From the NCBI GenBank assembly GCA_017963125.1, contig JAGCUA010000039.1, positions 13,190 through 77,189 of the forward strand: a stretch of 64,000 nucleotides of DNA, in the 5' to 3' direction. Under the pieces are notes generated by a model. That model was not told where the DNA came from and ran no database searches. It saw only the letters and a program-made list of their open reading frames with translations. Every line of letters starts with the position of its first letter. The stretch's first letter is position 1. Source of the DNA: a bacterium. GTDB taxonomy: Bacteria; UBP6; UBA1177. Both the position numbers and the translations under genes were made by a program. Shown piece after piece: positions 9,468 to 17,872 of the stretch.

Positions 9468-10319
9468 ATGGCTGGCAATGTAAGGAACGGATCATTTATT
9501 TTCGGTAAAAATTCTGGCGGAATAGACCGGAAAACTTTTCTTGGATGTTCTGCCGGTTCGCTTGTTTTGCATATTCTGGTGCTGATATTTTTCGGAAGCG
9601 GTCTGTGGTTTGCGGAAAGCCATAAGATCGAGTTCGACATCGTTCAGGCAAAACTCGTAAAGTTGGGCGAAGAGCGCGACAAAAAGCTGCTGCCGCGCAT
9701 AACCCAGCCGAAACCTGCGCCGAAATCGGAGAAAAAAGATCTTAAAAACGAGCCGAAAAAAGAGGAGAAGCCGGCGGAAAAACCGAAGCAGAAACCCGAC
9801 GGCAAGGAAAATTCGCTGAAACCCAAGGAAGAACCTAAGAAAGCCGAGCAGCCTAAGAAGGATGAGCCTACGAAAGAAGAAGAGAAGAAGCCTTCGTCCC
9901 TTGACGAACTTTTATCGGGCGATGTCATGGAAAAAATCAAGCGCGACGCCCGTGCCGAAGAGACCAAGGAAGGTGCCAAGGACGGAGTAGAGGACGGAGA
10001 TGTCACCGATCCGGCACTTGCGCTCAAGGCGAATATGTATGCGCGCCAGGTCAGCAAAAAAATCAAGGAAAACTGGAGTATTCCGAGTATAATTTCGGCG
10101 GAAGAACGTAAAAAACTGATGACAAAAATTTATTTCAAGATAACTTTCAGCGGTGAAGTCTACGATATAAAAATCACATCTTCATCGGGAAATTCTGTTT
10201 ACGACAGTTCGGTAATAGAAGCCGTCAAAAAAACGGGAAAACTTCCGTTGCCGGATGATAAGAATTTGAAGAAACTTGTATTAAAGGAGGGTTTTGAATG
10301 TCCGTTCACTTCAGATTGA
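9468..10319 (+). CDS. TolA-like protein (TonB/TolA C-terminal domain, K/E/P-rich linker)
   Basis: N-terminal TM, a long KPxEKP-type linker and a C-terminal TonB_C-like domain. Sits between tolR and tolB. Confidence 0.7.
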   Translation: MAGNVRNGSFIFGKNSGGIDRKTFLGCSAGSLVLHILVLIFFGSGLWFAESHKIEFDIVQAKLVKLGEERDKKLLPRITQPKPAPKSEKKDLKNEPKKEEKPAEKPKQKPDGKENSLKPKEEPKKAEQPKKDEPTKEEEKKPSSLDELLSGDVMEKIKRDARAEETKEGAKDGVEDGDVTDPALALKANMYARQVSKKIKENWSIPSIISAEERKKLMTKIYFKITFSGEVYDIKITSSSGNSVYDSSVIEAVKKTGKLPLPDDKNLKKLVLKEGFECPFTSD

Positions 10320-11599
10320 TCACCCTGAGTGCGGTGATTTTTGCCTGCTTCAATCTTTTTGCCCAGCTTCAGGTAGAGGTAAAAGACGGTGCTGTTGCCG
10401 AGTACAACATGGCTGTTTCCCCGCTGCATGTTCTTGACGGCGCTGATGCCGCAAACGCTGCGGAGATCGCTCCTGCTATAGAAAAAGTGCTTGATATTAC
10501 AGGATATTTTAAAATTCTTGACAAGCGGTCGTTTTTGGAAAAACCGGAAACCGCATTTAAAGCTGTCAACTTCAAAACGTGGCTTGATGTCGGTGCCAAC
10601 GGCCTTGTCAAAGGAACGATAAAGGGTAAAGACGATGTCGAGCTCGAACTTGCGTTTTTCGATGTCGCGAAAGGAAAGATCCTTATCCAGAAAAAATACA
10701 CTTCGAAGCCTGCTTTAGTTAAAAAATCGGCTTACCGTTTTGCTGCAGAGGTCATCAAGCTGCTTACCGGCGAAGAGATGAACTTTATGTTCTCGAAGAT
10801 CGCTTTTGTTGAAAAAACAGGTGAAAAATACTCGCTTGTCGTAACCAATTTCGACGGCAGCGGAAGAAATGAACTCTATTCCACGTCAAAAACGATCCTT
10901 CTTCCCGAATGGTCGGCTGACGGACAGAAGATTTTCTTCACGAGCCATGAAAAGAACAATCCTAATCTTTACTCCTACGATCTCAAAACCTCGCAGATAA
11001 AGACTGTTTCGGCTTACGAAGGACTCAATGTTTCGGCAAGCGCTTATCCTGACAACAAAACGGTAGCTCTCTGCCTTTCGAAAGACGGAAACTCCGAGAT
11101 CTATTCGCTCGACACTACGACGAACGAACTCAAGAGACTGACTGTAAACGCTGAAATCGACGCAGCTCCGAGTGTAAGCCCGAAAGGTGACGAAATAGTT
11201 TTTGTTTCCGGCAGATCGGGAAATCCGCAGATCTACAGAATGAATCTTTCCGACCTCAACAAGGTCGAAAGACTTACCGAGCAGGGAAACTACAATCAGG
11301 ATCCCGAATACAGTCCTGACGGCACGAAAGTCGCATTCAGCGGCCGTGACGAAAAATACCAGTTCGATCTTTTTATTATCGATCTGGCTTCGAGGCAGAT
11401 CAGCAGACTCACGCAGAATCAGGGGAAAAACGAATCTCCGACATTCTCGCCCGACAGCAAAGTGATCGGTTTCTCTTCCAACAGAAGCGGAAAAAGCAGA
11501 CTTTTCCTTTCGAATTTAAGCGGGACGAGACAGATAGCGGTTTATTCGGGTAACGGCGAAGTGCTCATGCCTTCGTGGTCTCCGGCGGAAACTAATTAA
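10298..11599 (+). CDS. tolB: TolB periplasmic beta-propeller protein
   Basis: Repeated PxxSPDGxxIxF blades (WSADGQKIFF, PSVSPKGDEIVFVS, PEYSPDGTKVAFS, PTFSPDSKVIGFSS). Confidence 0.85.
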   Translation: MSVHFRLITLSAVIFACFNLFAQLQVEVKDGAVAEYNMAVSPLHVLDGADAANAAEIAPAIEKVLDITGYFKILDKRSFLEKPETAFKAVNFKTWLDVGANGLVKGTIKGKDDVELELAFFDVAKGKILIQKKYTSKPALVKKSAYRFAAEVIKLLTGEEMNFMFSKIAFVEKTGEKYSLVVTNFDGSGRNELYSTSKTILLPEWSADGQKIFFTSHEKNNPNLYSYDLKTSQIKTVSAYEGLNVSASAYPDNKTVALCLSKDGNSEIYSLDTTTNELKRLTVNAEIDAAPSVSPKGDEIVFVSGRSGNPQIYRMNLSDLNKVERLTEQGNYNQDPEYSPDGTKVAFSGRDEKYQFDLFIIDLASRQISRLTQNQGKNESPTFSPDSKVIGFSSNRSGKSRLFLSNLSGTRQIAVYSGNGEVLMPSWSPAETN

Positions 11600-11611
11600 G
11601 AGAGGTGCGAT

Positions 11612-12355
11612 ATGAAACAGATTTTCAATTTTTGTGCAGTTGCCGTATTTGTTTTTACAGTGCTCTGCTCCTGCGCGGGCAATCCGCCGAAAGATGAAAG
11701 GGAACTCGCCGAGAAGGCTTTTGCCGATGCGGAAGGCGGCAAGGACTGCGACAGAGAAAACTATCTCGCTGCGGAAGAGCTTCTGAGACAGGCTCGTGAA
11801 GAGATCAACAACAAAAACTACGACAAGGCGAAGGAGCTTTTCAACGCCGTCAAGGAAAAAAGTGACGCGATCGCTAAATATTACCGCGAACATCCGGATG
11901 AGTGCATGACCGAAAAGGACAAAAAAGGAAACGGTGAAGATGACGGAAACATCAAAGAGGAAGATGTCAGCTCATCGTCTTCCGAAGCGGCTGATCCCTC
12001 TGCAGATCCGAAAAATCCCGATATGGATTTCCAGGTCGTTCACTTTGAATACAACCAATACGCTGTTCTTGAAGAAGACCTTCCGAAGATCGACCTCATG
12101 GCGCAGTGGATGATGAATTTCCCAGAAAGAGTAGTCAGGATCGAAGGTCATGCAGATGAACGCGGCAGCAACGACTACAACCTTTCGCTCGGTGAAAAGA
12201 GGGCGATGGAAGTCAGAAACAAACTGATCCAGGCAGGCATTGATGCTGCAAGAATAAAAATCGTTTCCTACGGCGAGGAACTCCCGATAGACACGGCTTC
12301 GAACGAAGAAGCGTGGTTCAAGAACAGAAGAGCCGAATTCAAGCGCGAAAATTAG
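11612..12355 (+). CDS. pal: Peptidoglycan-associated lipoprotein Pal (OmpA-family C-terminal domain)
   Basis: Lipobox VLCSCAG. VHFEYNQYAV...RIEGHADERGSNDYNLSLGEKRA...NRRAEF OmpA_C motifs. Confidence 0.85.
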   Translation: MKQIFNFCAVAVFVFTVLCSCAGNPPKDERELAEKAFADAEGGKDCDRENYLAAEELLRQAREEINNKNYDKAKELFNAVKEKSDAIAKYYREHPDECMTEKDKKGNGEDDGNIKEEDVSSSSSEAADPSADPKNPDMDFQVVHFEYNQYAVLEEDLPKIDLMAQWMMNFPERVVRIEGHADERGSNDYNLSLGEKRAMEVRNKLIQAGIDAARIKIVSYGEELPIDTASNEEAWFKNRRAEFKREN

Positions 12356-12366
12356 CGTTTTTACTG

Positions 12367-12426
12367 CCGCCGCATTTTTTGAACGGTATCCCGATATTTC
12401 GATATTTCGACATCCCGACGCGGCGG
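12367..12426 (+). terminator. GC-clamped long hairpin after pal
   Basis: CCGCCGC (12367-12373) pairs with GCGGCGG (12420-12426). The interior contains the direct repeat CGATATTTCGATATTTCGA. Followed by TAAATTTTT. Confidence 0.35.
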
Positions 12427-12503
12427 TAAATTTTTCCCCGAATAGTTGAAATTTCAACTTATATAAATACAATACTCCGACTTAATTTTTTCAGGAGTGA
12501 AAA

Positions 12504-13607
12504 ATGAAAAAAAAGTTCTTGTCTTTGTTTCTGATTTCGGTCGTTTCACTTGTTTTTGCCGTATCCTGTTCAGATGAAGAAGAGGATACCGGAGTTGTAA
12601 AAATACGCTGCAATTCGAATGCTGACTGCAACAGAAATGCTTACTGCGATCTCGACAATCCTCAGCAGGATGCAGAGCTCGGAATGCTTGTTTATTACTG
12701 CAAACAGAGGCAGCTCTGTTCGACGCAGGCTGACTGTCCGATCAAATGGAAGTGTAAAATCAGCGAAGGTTTCTGCATAACCGATAAAGAGGCGTCCCAG
12801 GTATTGTGTTCTTCCGACACCGATTGTTCCGATCCCGCATATCCGAAGTGCAATCTCGCATCGGGTGAATGCGAACCGGCTAACGGAGGAGGCGGAGACA
12901 GCGAACTTCCGGATTCTTCGGAGATCCCGGATAATGACAGCGGCGATTCAAGTGACAGCGAGCCTGATGATACGTCCGATACGACGACTGATAATGATCC
13001 TGCAGATTCCGGTGACGACGGCGATACCGATACAGGTGATGCGCATGTCGGAGAGACGGTTCTTTCTGAGGATTTTGAGGACGGCGGCACGAAATGGACT
13101 ATAGTTCCCGCTTCGGAAGAGGCTTCTCCGTGCTGGGAGATAGGCGCACCGACTACCGGTCCGGCTGAAGCGCACGAAGGTTCCAACGTCGCGGCGACCT
13201 CTCTTGGCGGCAACTATGCAGACAACTGCAACGATCTTCTTAAATACAACACGGCTGTGTCGATTCCTTCGACGGGTGTTCCTGAAATATCTTTTTATGC
13301 TTGGGTGGACCTCATAGGATCAGGCTATTCGCCTTACGATTATGTTGAAGTCCTCGTTAAAAAAGACGGTGAGATGTGGGAAACCACGACAGGTGTCTAT
13401 CTTTCGGCAGATACACCTTCGCCTCTTTCGGCTCTCGACAACACGAAAACGAAAATTACAAAGCAGCTCGGGACGGCTTACTACAAGTTTACCGGCGATC
13501 TTTCGGCTTACAAGGGAAAAAGTGTCGAGATAGGTTTCCGCTTCATCAGCGACGAGAGCGACAACAAAGATGGTTTCTACCTTGACGATATAAAGGTATC
13601 GCATTGA
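12504..13607 (+). CDS. Secreted lipoprotein: Cys-rich module, acidic D/S/T linker, C-terminal MAM/choice-of-anchor-J-like beta-sandwich
   Basis: Lipobox FAVSCSD. 14 Cys in about 100 aa. DSSDSEPDDTSDTTTDNDPADSGDDGDTDTGD linker. C-terminal FEDGG...W...GFRFISDESDNKDGFYLDDIKV pattern. The domain name is recalled from memory, not searched. Confidence 0.55.
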   Translation: MKKKFLSLFLISVVSLVFAVSCSDEEEDTGVVKIRCNSNADCNRNAYCDLDNPQQDAELGMLVYYCKQRQLCSTQADCPIKWKCKISEGFCITDKEASQVLCSSDTDCSDPAYPKCNLASGECEPANGGGGDSELPDSSEIPDNDSGDSSDSEPDDTSDTTTDNDPADSGDDGDTDTGDAHVGETVLSEDFEDGGTKWTIVPASEEASPCWEIGAPTTGPAEAHEGSNVAATSLGGNYADNCNDLLKYNTAVSIPSTGVPEISFYAWVDLIGSGYSPYDYVEVLVKKDGEMWETTTGVYLSADTPSPLSALDNTKTKITKQLGTAYYKFTGDLSAYKGKSVEIGFRFISDESDNKDGFYLDDIKVSH

Positions 13608-13646
13608 TTTTATTGATTCTTTAAATGATTTTTCGAGAGGGGAGCC

Positions 13647-15176
13647 TTGATACCTAAAACTACTGCCGATTTTGAAGAAAAATACATCGGATCGGTCATA
13701 AACGACCGTTATAAAATAATCAAACTCGTAGGAACAGGCGGCATGGGCAGCGTTTATCTTGCCGAACACGAGATCCTGCGGAAAAAGGTCGCCATAAAAA
13801 TCCTGCACTACGAGCAGAGCAAGAGGAAAGACACTGTCGAGAGATTCAAGCGCGAAGCCATTGCGGCGTCGAATATCGGTCAGGACAACATTGTCGATGT
13901 CACCGATTTCGGTTACACAGAAGAAGGCAACGCATACTTTGTCATGGAGTATGTCGAAGGTCGTTCTCTCGCCGATGTTATGAAGGAACAGCGCGTCCTT
14001 CCGCTCGAATTCGCCGTTTCCGTGGCTGCGCAGATAGCTGTAGCGCTCTATTCGGCGCACGGAAAGGGGATAATCCACCGCGATCTCAAACCGGAGAATA
14101 TTCTTCTTGCGAACAAGGACGGAATATATCCTTTCGTGAAAATAGTGGATTTCGGTATTTCGAAAATACTTCAGGATGATGCCAAACCTGACGAACGTCT
14201 GCGTACTCTGACCAAGTCGGGAGCCATCTTCGGAACGCCCGAGTATATGTCGCCCGAGCAGGCTGCCGGTGAAAGCGTTGAACCCGCTTCCGACATTTAT
14301 TCTCTGGGTGTCATACTTTACGAGATGCTGACAGGCAGGCTTCCGTTTTTTGACGACAACTACATGAAGATACTGCACAAACACCAGTATGAATTTCCTG
14401 AACTGCCGAGCAATGTGAATCCGGATATCCAGCCTGACGTCAATGCGCTGATAATGAAGTGCCTTGAAAAGAAGCCTTTCAACAGATACGGCACGATGAT
14501 GCTTCTTCTCAACGATCTGAAAAATATCTACCTGAAATACAATCTGGAAGAAAAAATCAGTCTTGCCTTCCTTTTCAATTCAGGAACCGTCAGAAGTATG
14601 AATCCTGTTGCCGACATGATATCGAGCGAAGATATAATCAGGATGCTCAATTCGTCGCAGGATGAAAAGGTCAGACATGTTACGGCCGAAGAAAACCGTT
14701 CTTCAGGAACAGTTCTCAAAGTTTTGACCGTTGTCCTTCTTCTGATTGTGGCCGGGATCGCGGTATATACTTTCATCAGAAAGCAGAATCCGCCGATGGT
14801 CGCCGAAAGGACAGAACTTTCCAAGTATGACGACAAAAGCGCCGCGGTAAAAGAGGAGCCTCGGCAGAAAAAAGAAGCTCAGGCTGAGAAAAAAAGTGCC
14901 GACACAGCTAAAAAACCGGCGGCAAACGGCAAAAAAAACGTTCCGATGATGAAACTCACCGTAAATTCAAATATTCCCGGAGTCAGAGTTTTCAACAATG
15001 AGAACGGCAGGACTATCTGCAAAACACCGTGCACTAAAAAGCTGCCGAGGAAAGAGTCTGAAGTTATAATCCTGGGCTTTGAATACGAAGACTACTCGAT
15101 AAAACCGATGGCTGTCACGCTTGACAAGGATATGACGGTCAATTTGAACCTTAAACAGGAGGCGGATAATGGCTAA
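13647..15176 (+). CDS. Hanks-type Ser/Thr protein kinase with one TM and a PEGA-like C-terminal domain
   Basis: GTGGMGSVY, VAIK, HRDLKPENILL, DFG and GTPEYMSPE motifs. TM VLTVVLLLIVAGIAVYTFI. TTG start behind a GAGGGGAG RBS. Confidence 0.85.
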   Translation: MIPKTTADFEEKYIGSVINDRYKIIKLVGTGGMGSVYLAEHEILRKKVAIKILHYEQSKRKDTVERFKREAIAASNIGQDNIVDVTDFGYTEEGNAYFVMEYVEGRSLADVMKEQRVLPLEFAVSVAAQIAVALYSAHGKGIIHRDLKPENILLANKDGIYPFVKIVDFGISKILQDDAKPDERLRTLTKSGAIFGTPEYMSPEQAAGESVEPASDIYSLGVILYEMLTGRLPFFDDNYMKILHKHQYEFPELPSNVNPDIQPDVNALIMKCLEKKPFNRYGTMMLLLNDLKNIYLKYNLEEKISLAFLFNSGTVRSMNPVADMISSEDIIRMLNSSQDEKVRHVTAEENRSSGTVLKVLTVVLLLIVAGIAVYTFIRKQNPPMVAERTELSKYDDKSAAVKEEPRQKKEAQAEKKSADTAKKPAANGKKNVPMMKLTVNSNIPGVRVFNNENGRTICKTPCTKKLPRKESEVIILGFEYEDYSIKPMAVTLDKDMTVNLNLKQEADNG

Positions 15177-16497
15177 AAAAATTTTTGTCCTCGACACCAA
15201 TGTTCTGATTTCCGATCCGAAGGCGATTTTCAACTTTGACGAGCACGATATCGTTGTTCCGATCGTTGTTATCGAAGAGCTCGATAAGTTCAAAAAAGAC
15301 ATGAATCAGGTCGGTCTGGCGGCACGTGCTTTTGCGCGTCATATCGAGGAACTTCGCCAGCAGGGAAGCCTTCTTGACGGCGTTTTTCTTCCGAACGGCG
15401 GCTCGATAAGAATAGACATCACAGGAGAATTAGAGCTTCCAGGCGCAAAACTCGCTTCAGGTTATGCCGATAACGTCATTCTCTGTGCTGCCTACAAAAT
15501 CACGAAGGATAATCCGGACAGAGAGGTCGTTCTTGTCAGCAAGGACGTCAATCTTCGTATAAAAGCTGATGTTTACGGCATAAAGGCTGAAAATTACAGA
15601 AACGATACTGTAAATTTCAACAAGCTCCCGACAGGATACGAAACTCTGAGTATCGAGGGAGCGTTTATCGACCGCATTTTTGAAGAGAAGAAAATCCCGC
15701 TCGATACGCTGGCCGGAACTCCTTTCGAGACAGCACACGCAAACCAGTTCTTCAAACTCATAGATGCCGAAGCCGGCGAGCAGCACACTGCAACTGTCAG
15801 GTTCGATCCTTTTGAAAACGCACTCGTTCCGCTCAAACAGTTCAAAGAAATCTGGGGACTCAAGGCGAGAAACTTCGCACAGAGGCTTGCATTGGACCTT
15901 CTGATGGACGACAGAGTAAAACTCGTGAGCCTCATCGGAACGGCCGGAACTGGAAAAACTCTTCTTGCTATCGCTGCCGGTCTTCAGAAGTGCCTTGAAG
16001 AGGGAAAATATACGAAAATGCTCGTTGCAAGGCCGATCTACCCGATGGGAAAGGACATCGGTTTCCTTCCCGGTACGATCGACGAGAAGCTCAAACCGTG
16101 GATGCAGCCCGTTTTCGACAACTTGGAATACCTTCTTGCCGACCATGACATGAACAGCATGGGCAAAATGAACGAACTTATGGCGAGCAAGGTCATCGAA
16201 GTCGAAGCTCTGACTTACATCCGCGGAAGAAGCATCCCCGAGCAGTTCATAATCGTCGACGAGGCGCAGAACCTCACTCCGCACGAAGTCAAGACGATCG
16301 TTTCGAGAGTCGGCGAGAACACGAAAATGGTCCTTACCGGCGATCCGTTCCAGATCGATAACCCCTACATGAATGAGTCGAACAACGGTCTGAGCTACAT
16401 CGTAGACCGTTTCAAAGACCTGGAACTTGCAGGTCATATAACCCTTGAAAAAGGCGAGCGTTCGGCACTTGCAAACGCAGCCGCAGAGCTCCTGTAG
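15169..16497 (+). CDS. PhoH-like ATPase with N-terminal PIN domain (YlaK type)
   Basis: FVLDTNVLISDP...VVIEELD PIN signature. GTAGTGKTLLA Walker A. IIVDEAQN Walker B. Confidence 0.85.
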   Translation: MAKKIFVLDTNVLISDPKAIFNFDEHDIVVPIVVIEELDKFKKDMNQVGLAARAFARHIEELRQQGSLLDGVFLPNGGSIRIDITGELELPGAKLASGYADNVILCAAYKITKDNPDREVVLVSKDVNLRIKADVYGIKAENYRNDTVNFNKLPTGYETLSIEGAFIDRIFEEKKIPLDTLAGTPFETAHANQFFKLIDAEAGEQHTATVRFDPFENALVPLKQFKEIWGLKARNFAQRLALDLLMDDRVKLVSLIGTAGTGKTLLAIAAGLQKCLEEGKYTKMLVARPIYPMGKDIGFLPGTIDEKLKPWMQPVFDNLEYLLADHDMNSMGKMNELMASKVIEVEALTYIRGRSIPEQFIIVDEAQNLTPHEVKTIVSRVGENTKMVLTGDPFQIDNPYMNESNNGLSYIVDRFKDLELAGHITLEKGERSALANAAAELL

Positions 16498-16500
16498 AAT

Positions 16501-17253
16501 ATGAAGATCGTAGTTCTCGGCGATGTCCACTCTAATCTTCCCGCTTTGGAAGCGGTTATTAAAGAGATCAAAGAGAACATCAAACCCGATGTCGTTTTGT
16601 TCTCAGGGGACGCTGTCGGTTATGGACCGTGGCCGGGTGAAACTATTGATATTCTTAAAGAAAATGTTAACTTCGGTGTGCTTGGCAATCACGATGCCGG
16701 TATCGTCGGAAAGACCGACATAAACGACTACTACGATGCTGTCAGGTATGTGATCAACTGGACGACCGATATTCTGACGAATGAGCAGTTCGCGTTCCTT
16801 GACCGCCTGAAATATATCCATGTCGATGATATGGCTCACTGTCTTCTTTCGCACGGATCTCCAAGAATGCCTGAGAGATACGACTACATTTTCAACTGCA
16901 GAGGTGTGAACCGCCTGTACGATGTTGCTCCGTTTCTGCAGAAGGTGAATTTCGTCGGTCACAGCCATTACACCAACCTTTTTCTGCTGACAGGCAACGG
17001 ACAGTCTGTCGAACTCAACATAGCAAGCGGCGAAGTCGATATTTCAACGCTTCCAAATCCCGTTGTCTGCGTCTGCGGTTCGGTAGGTCAGCCCCGCGAC
17101 GGCGATCCGAGGTCAAGTTTCGTTTCATACGACACGGATAAAAAGATCCTTAAATATCACAGAGTTGAATACGATTTCGAACTGACGATCAATAAAATCA
17201 AGTCACTTCGTCTTCCGGCCTCGTTCGGAGAGAGGCTCAGAAATGGCTGCTGA
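16501..17253 (+). CDS. Calcineurin-like metallophosphoesterase
   Basis: VVLGDVHSN, SGDAVGYGP, GNHD and GHSH metal-binding motifs. Confidence 0.75.
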   Translation: MKIVVLGDVHSNLPALEAVIKEIKENIKPDVVLFSGDAVGYGPWPGETIDILKENVNFGVLGNHDAGIVGKTDINDYYDAVRYVINWTTDILTNEQFAFLDRLKYIHVDDMAHCLLSHGSPRMPERYDYIFNCRGVNRLYDVAPFLQKVNFVGHSHYTNLFLLTGNGQSVELNIASGEVDISTLPNPVVCVCGSVGQPRDGDPRSSFVSYDTDKKILKYHRVEYDFELTINKIKSLRLPASFGERLRNGC

Positions 17254-17872
17254 CATTCCTTTCCGGATATTTGAAGAGCCTTGCGACTACGGAGAAATGC
17301 TTGAGTTCCAGGAAAATCTGAGAAATGACGTCATTGCCAAAAACAGCGCCGGCTGCGTTCTGTTTTTAGAACATAAACCTGTCTATACTTCGGGGCTTCG
17401 CGGCAAGGAAGAAGATTTTATAAAACCGGTCGGAGACATTCCCGTTTTCAATGTGCGCCGCGGCGGAGAACTCACTTTCCACGGGCCGGGGCAGCTTGTG
17501 ATCTATCCTGTGATCGATTTCAGAAATTACGGTTTCGCTTCGATAAAAGAGTTCGTCCTATTCTTTGCAAACTCGATAAAAAGCGTTCTGAGTACCTTCT
17601 GCGGCGTGAAAAACCTTGAGTGGCACGATGAAAAGGCGGGGCTCTGGATTGAAGACCGCAAAATCGCGTTCACCGGGATGCACTTTAAGAAATTTGTTCC
17701 GATTCACGGATTTTCTGTCAATATTTCCAATGAGTTATCGTATTTTTCAAGAATCGTTCCCTGCGGGATCCCTGATTGCAGGATCACTTCCGTGAAAGAA
17801 GAGACCGGCAAAGTTTTTTCTGTCCGTGATGTCGCTGAAAAAATCGCCGAAGCTATAAACGGGAGATTATAA
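17243..17872 (+). CDS. lipB: Octanoyltransferase LipB
   Basis: RRGGELTFHGPGQLVIYP and AFTGMH...HGFSVN motifs typical of lipoyl(octanoyl) transferase. Confidence 0.85.
   Translation: MAADIPFRIFEEPCDYGEMLEFQENLRNDVIAKNSAGCVLFLEHKPVYTSGLRGKEEDFIKPVGDIPVFNVRRGGELTFHGPGQLVIYPVIDFRNYGFASIKEFVLFFANSIKSVLSTFCGVKNLEWHDEKAGLWIEDRKIAFTGMHFKKFVPIHGFSVNISNELSYFSRIVPCGIPDCRITSVKEETGKVFSVRDVAEKIAEAINGRL

Noticed and set aside
13320-14384. 354-aa minus-strand ORF. Similar long antisense ORFs occur at 15457..16530, 23800..24735, 25094..25909, 42614..43510, 49058..49858, 49903..50757 and 20113..20562.
   Set aside because: Each lies fully opposite a gene with unambiguous family motifs (kinase, PhoH, ispH/cmk, moxR, der, mmdA, mmdC, topA). 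None has recognisable motifs of its own.
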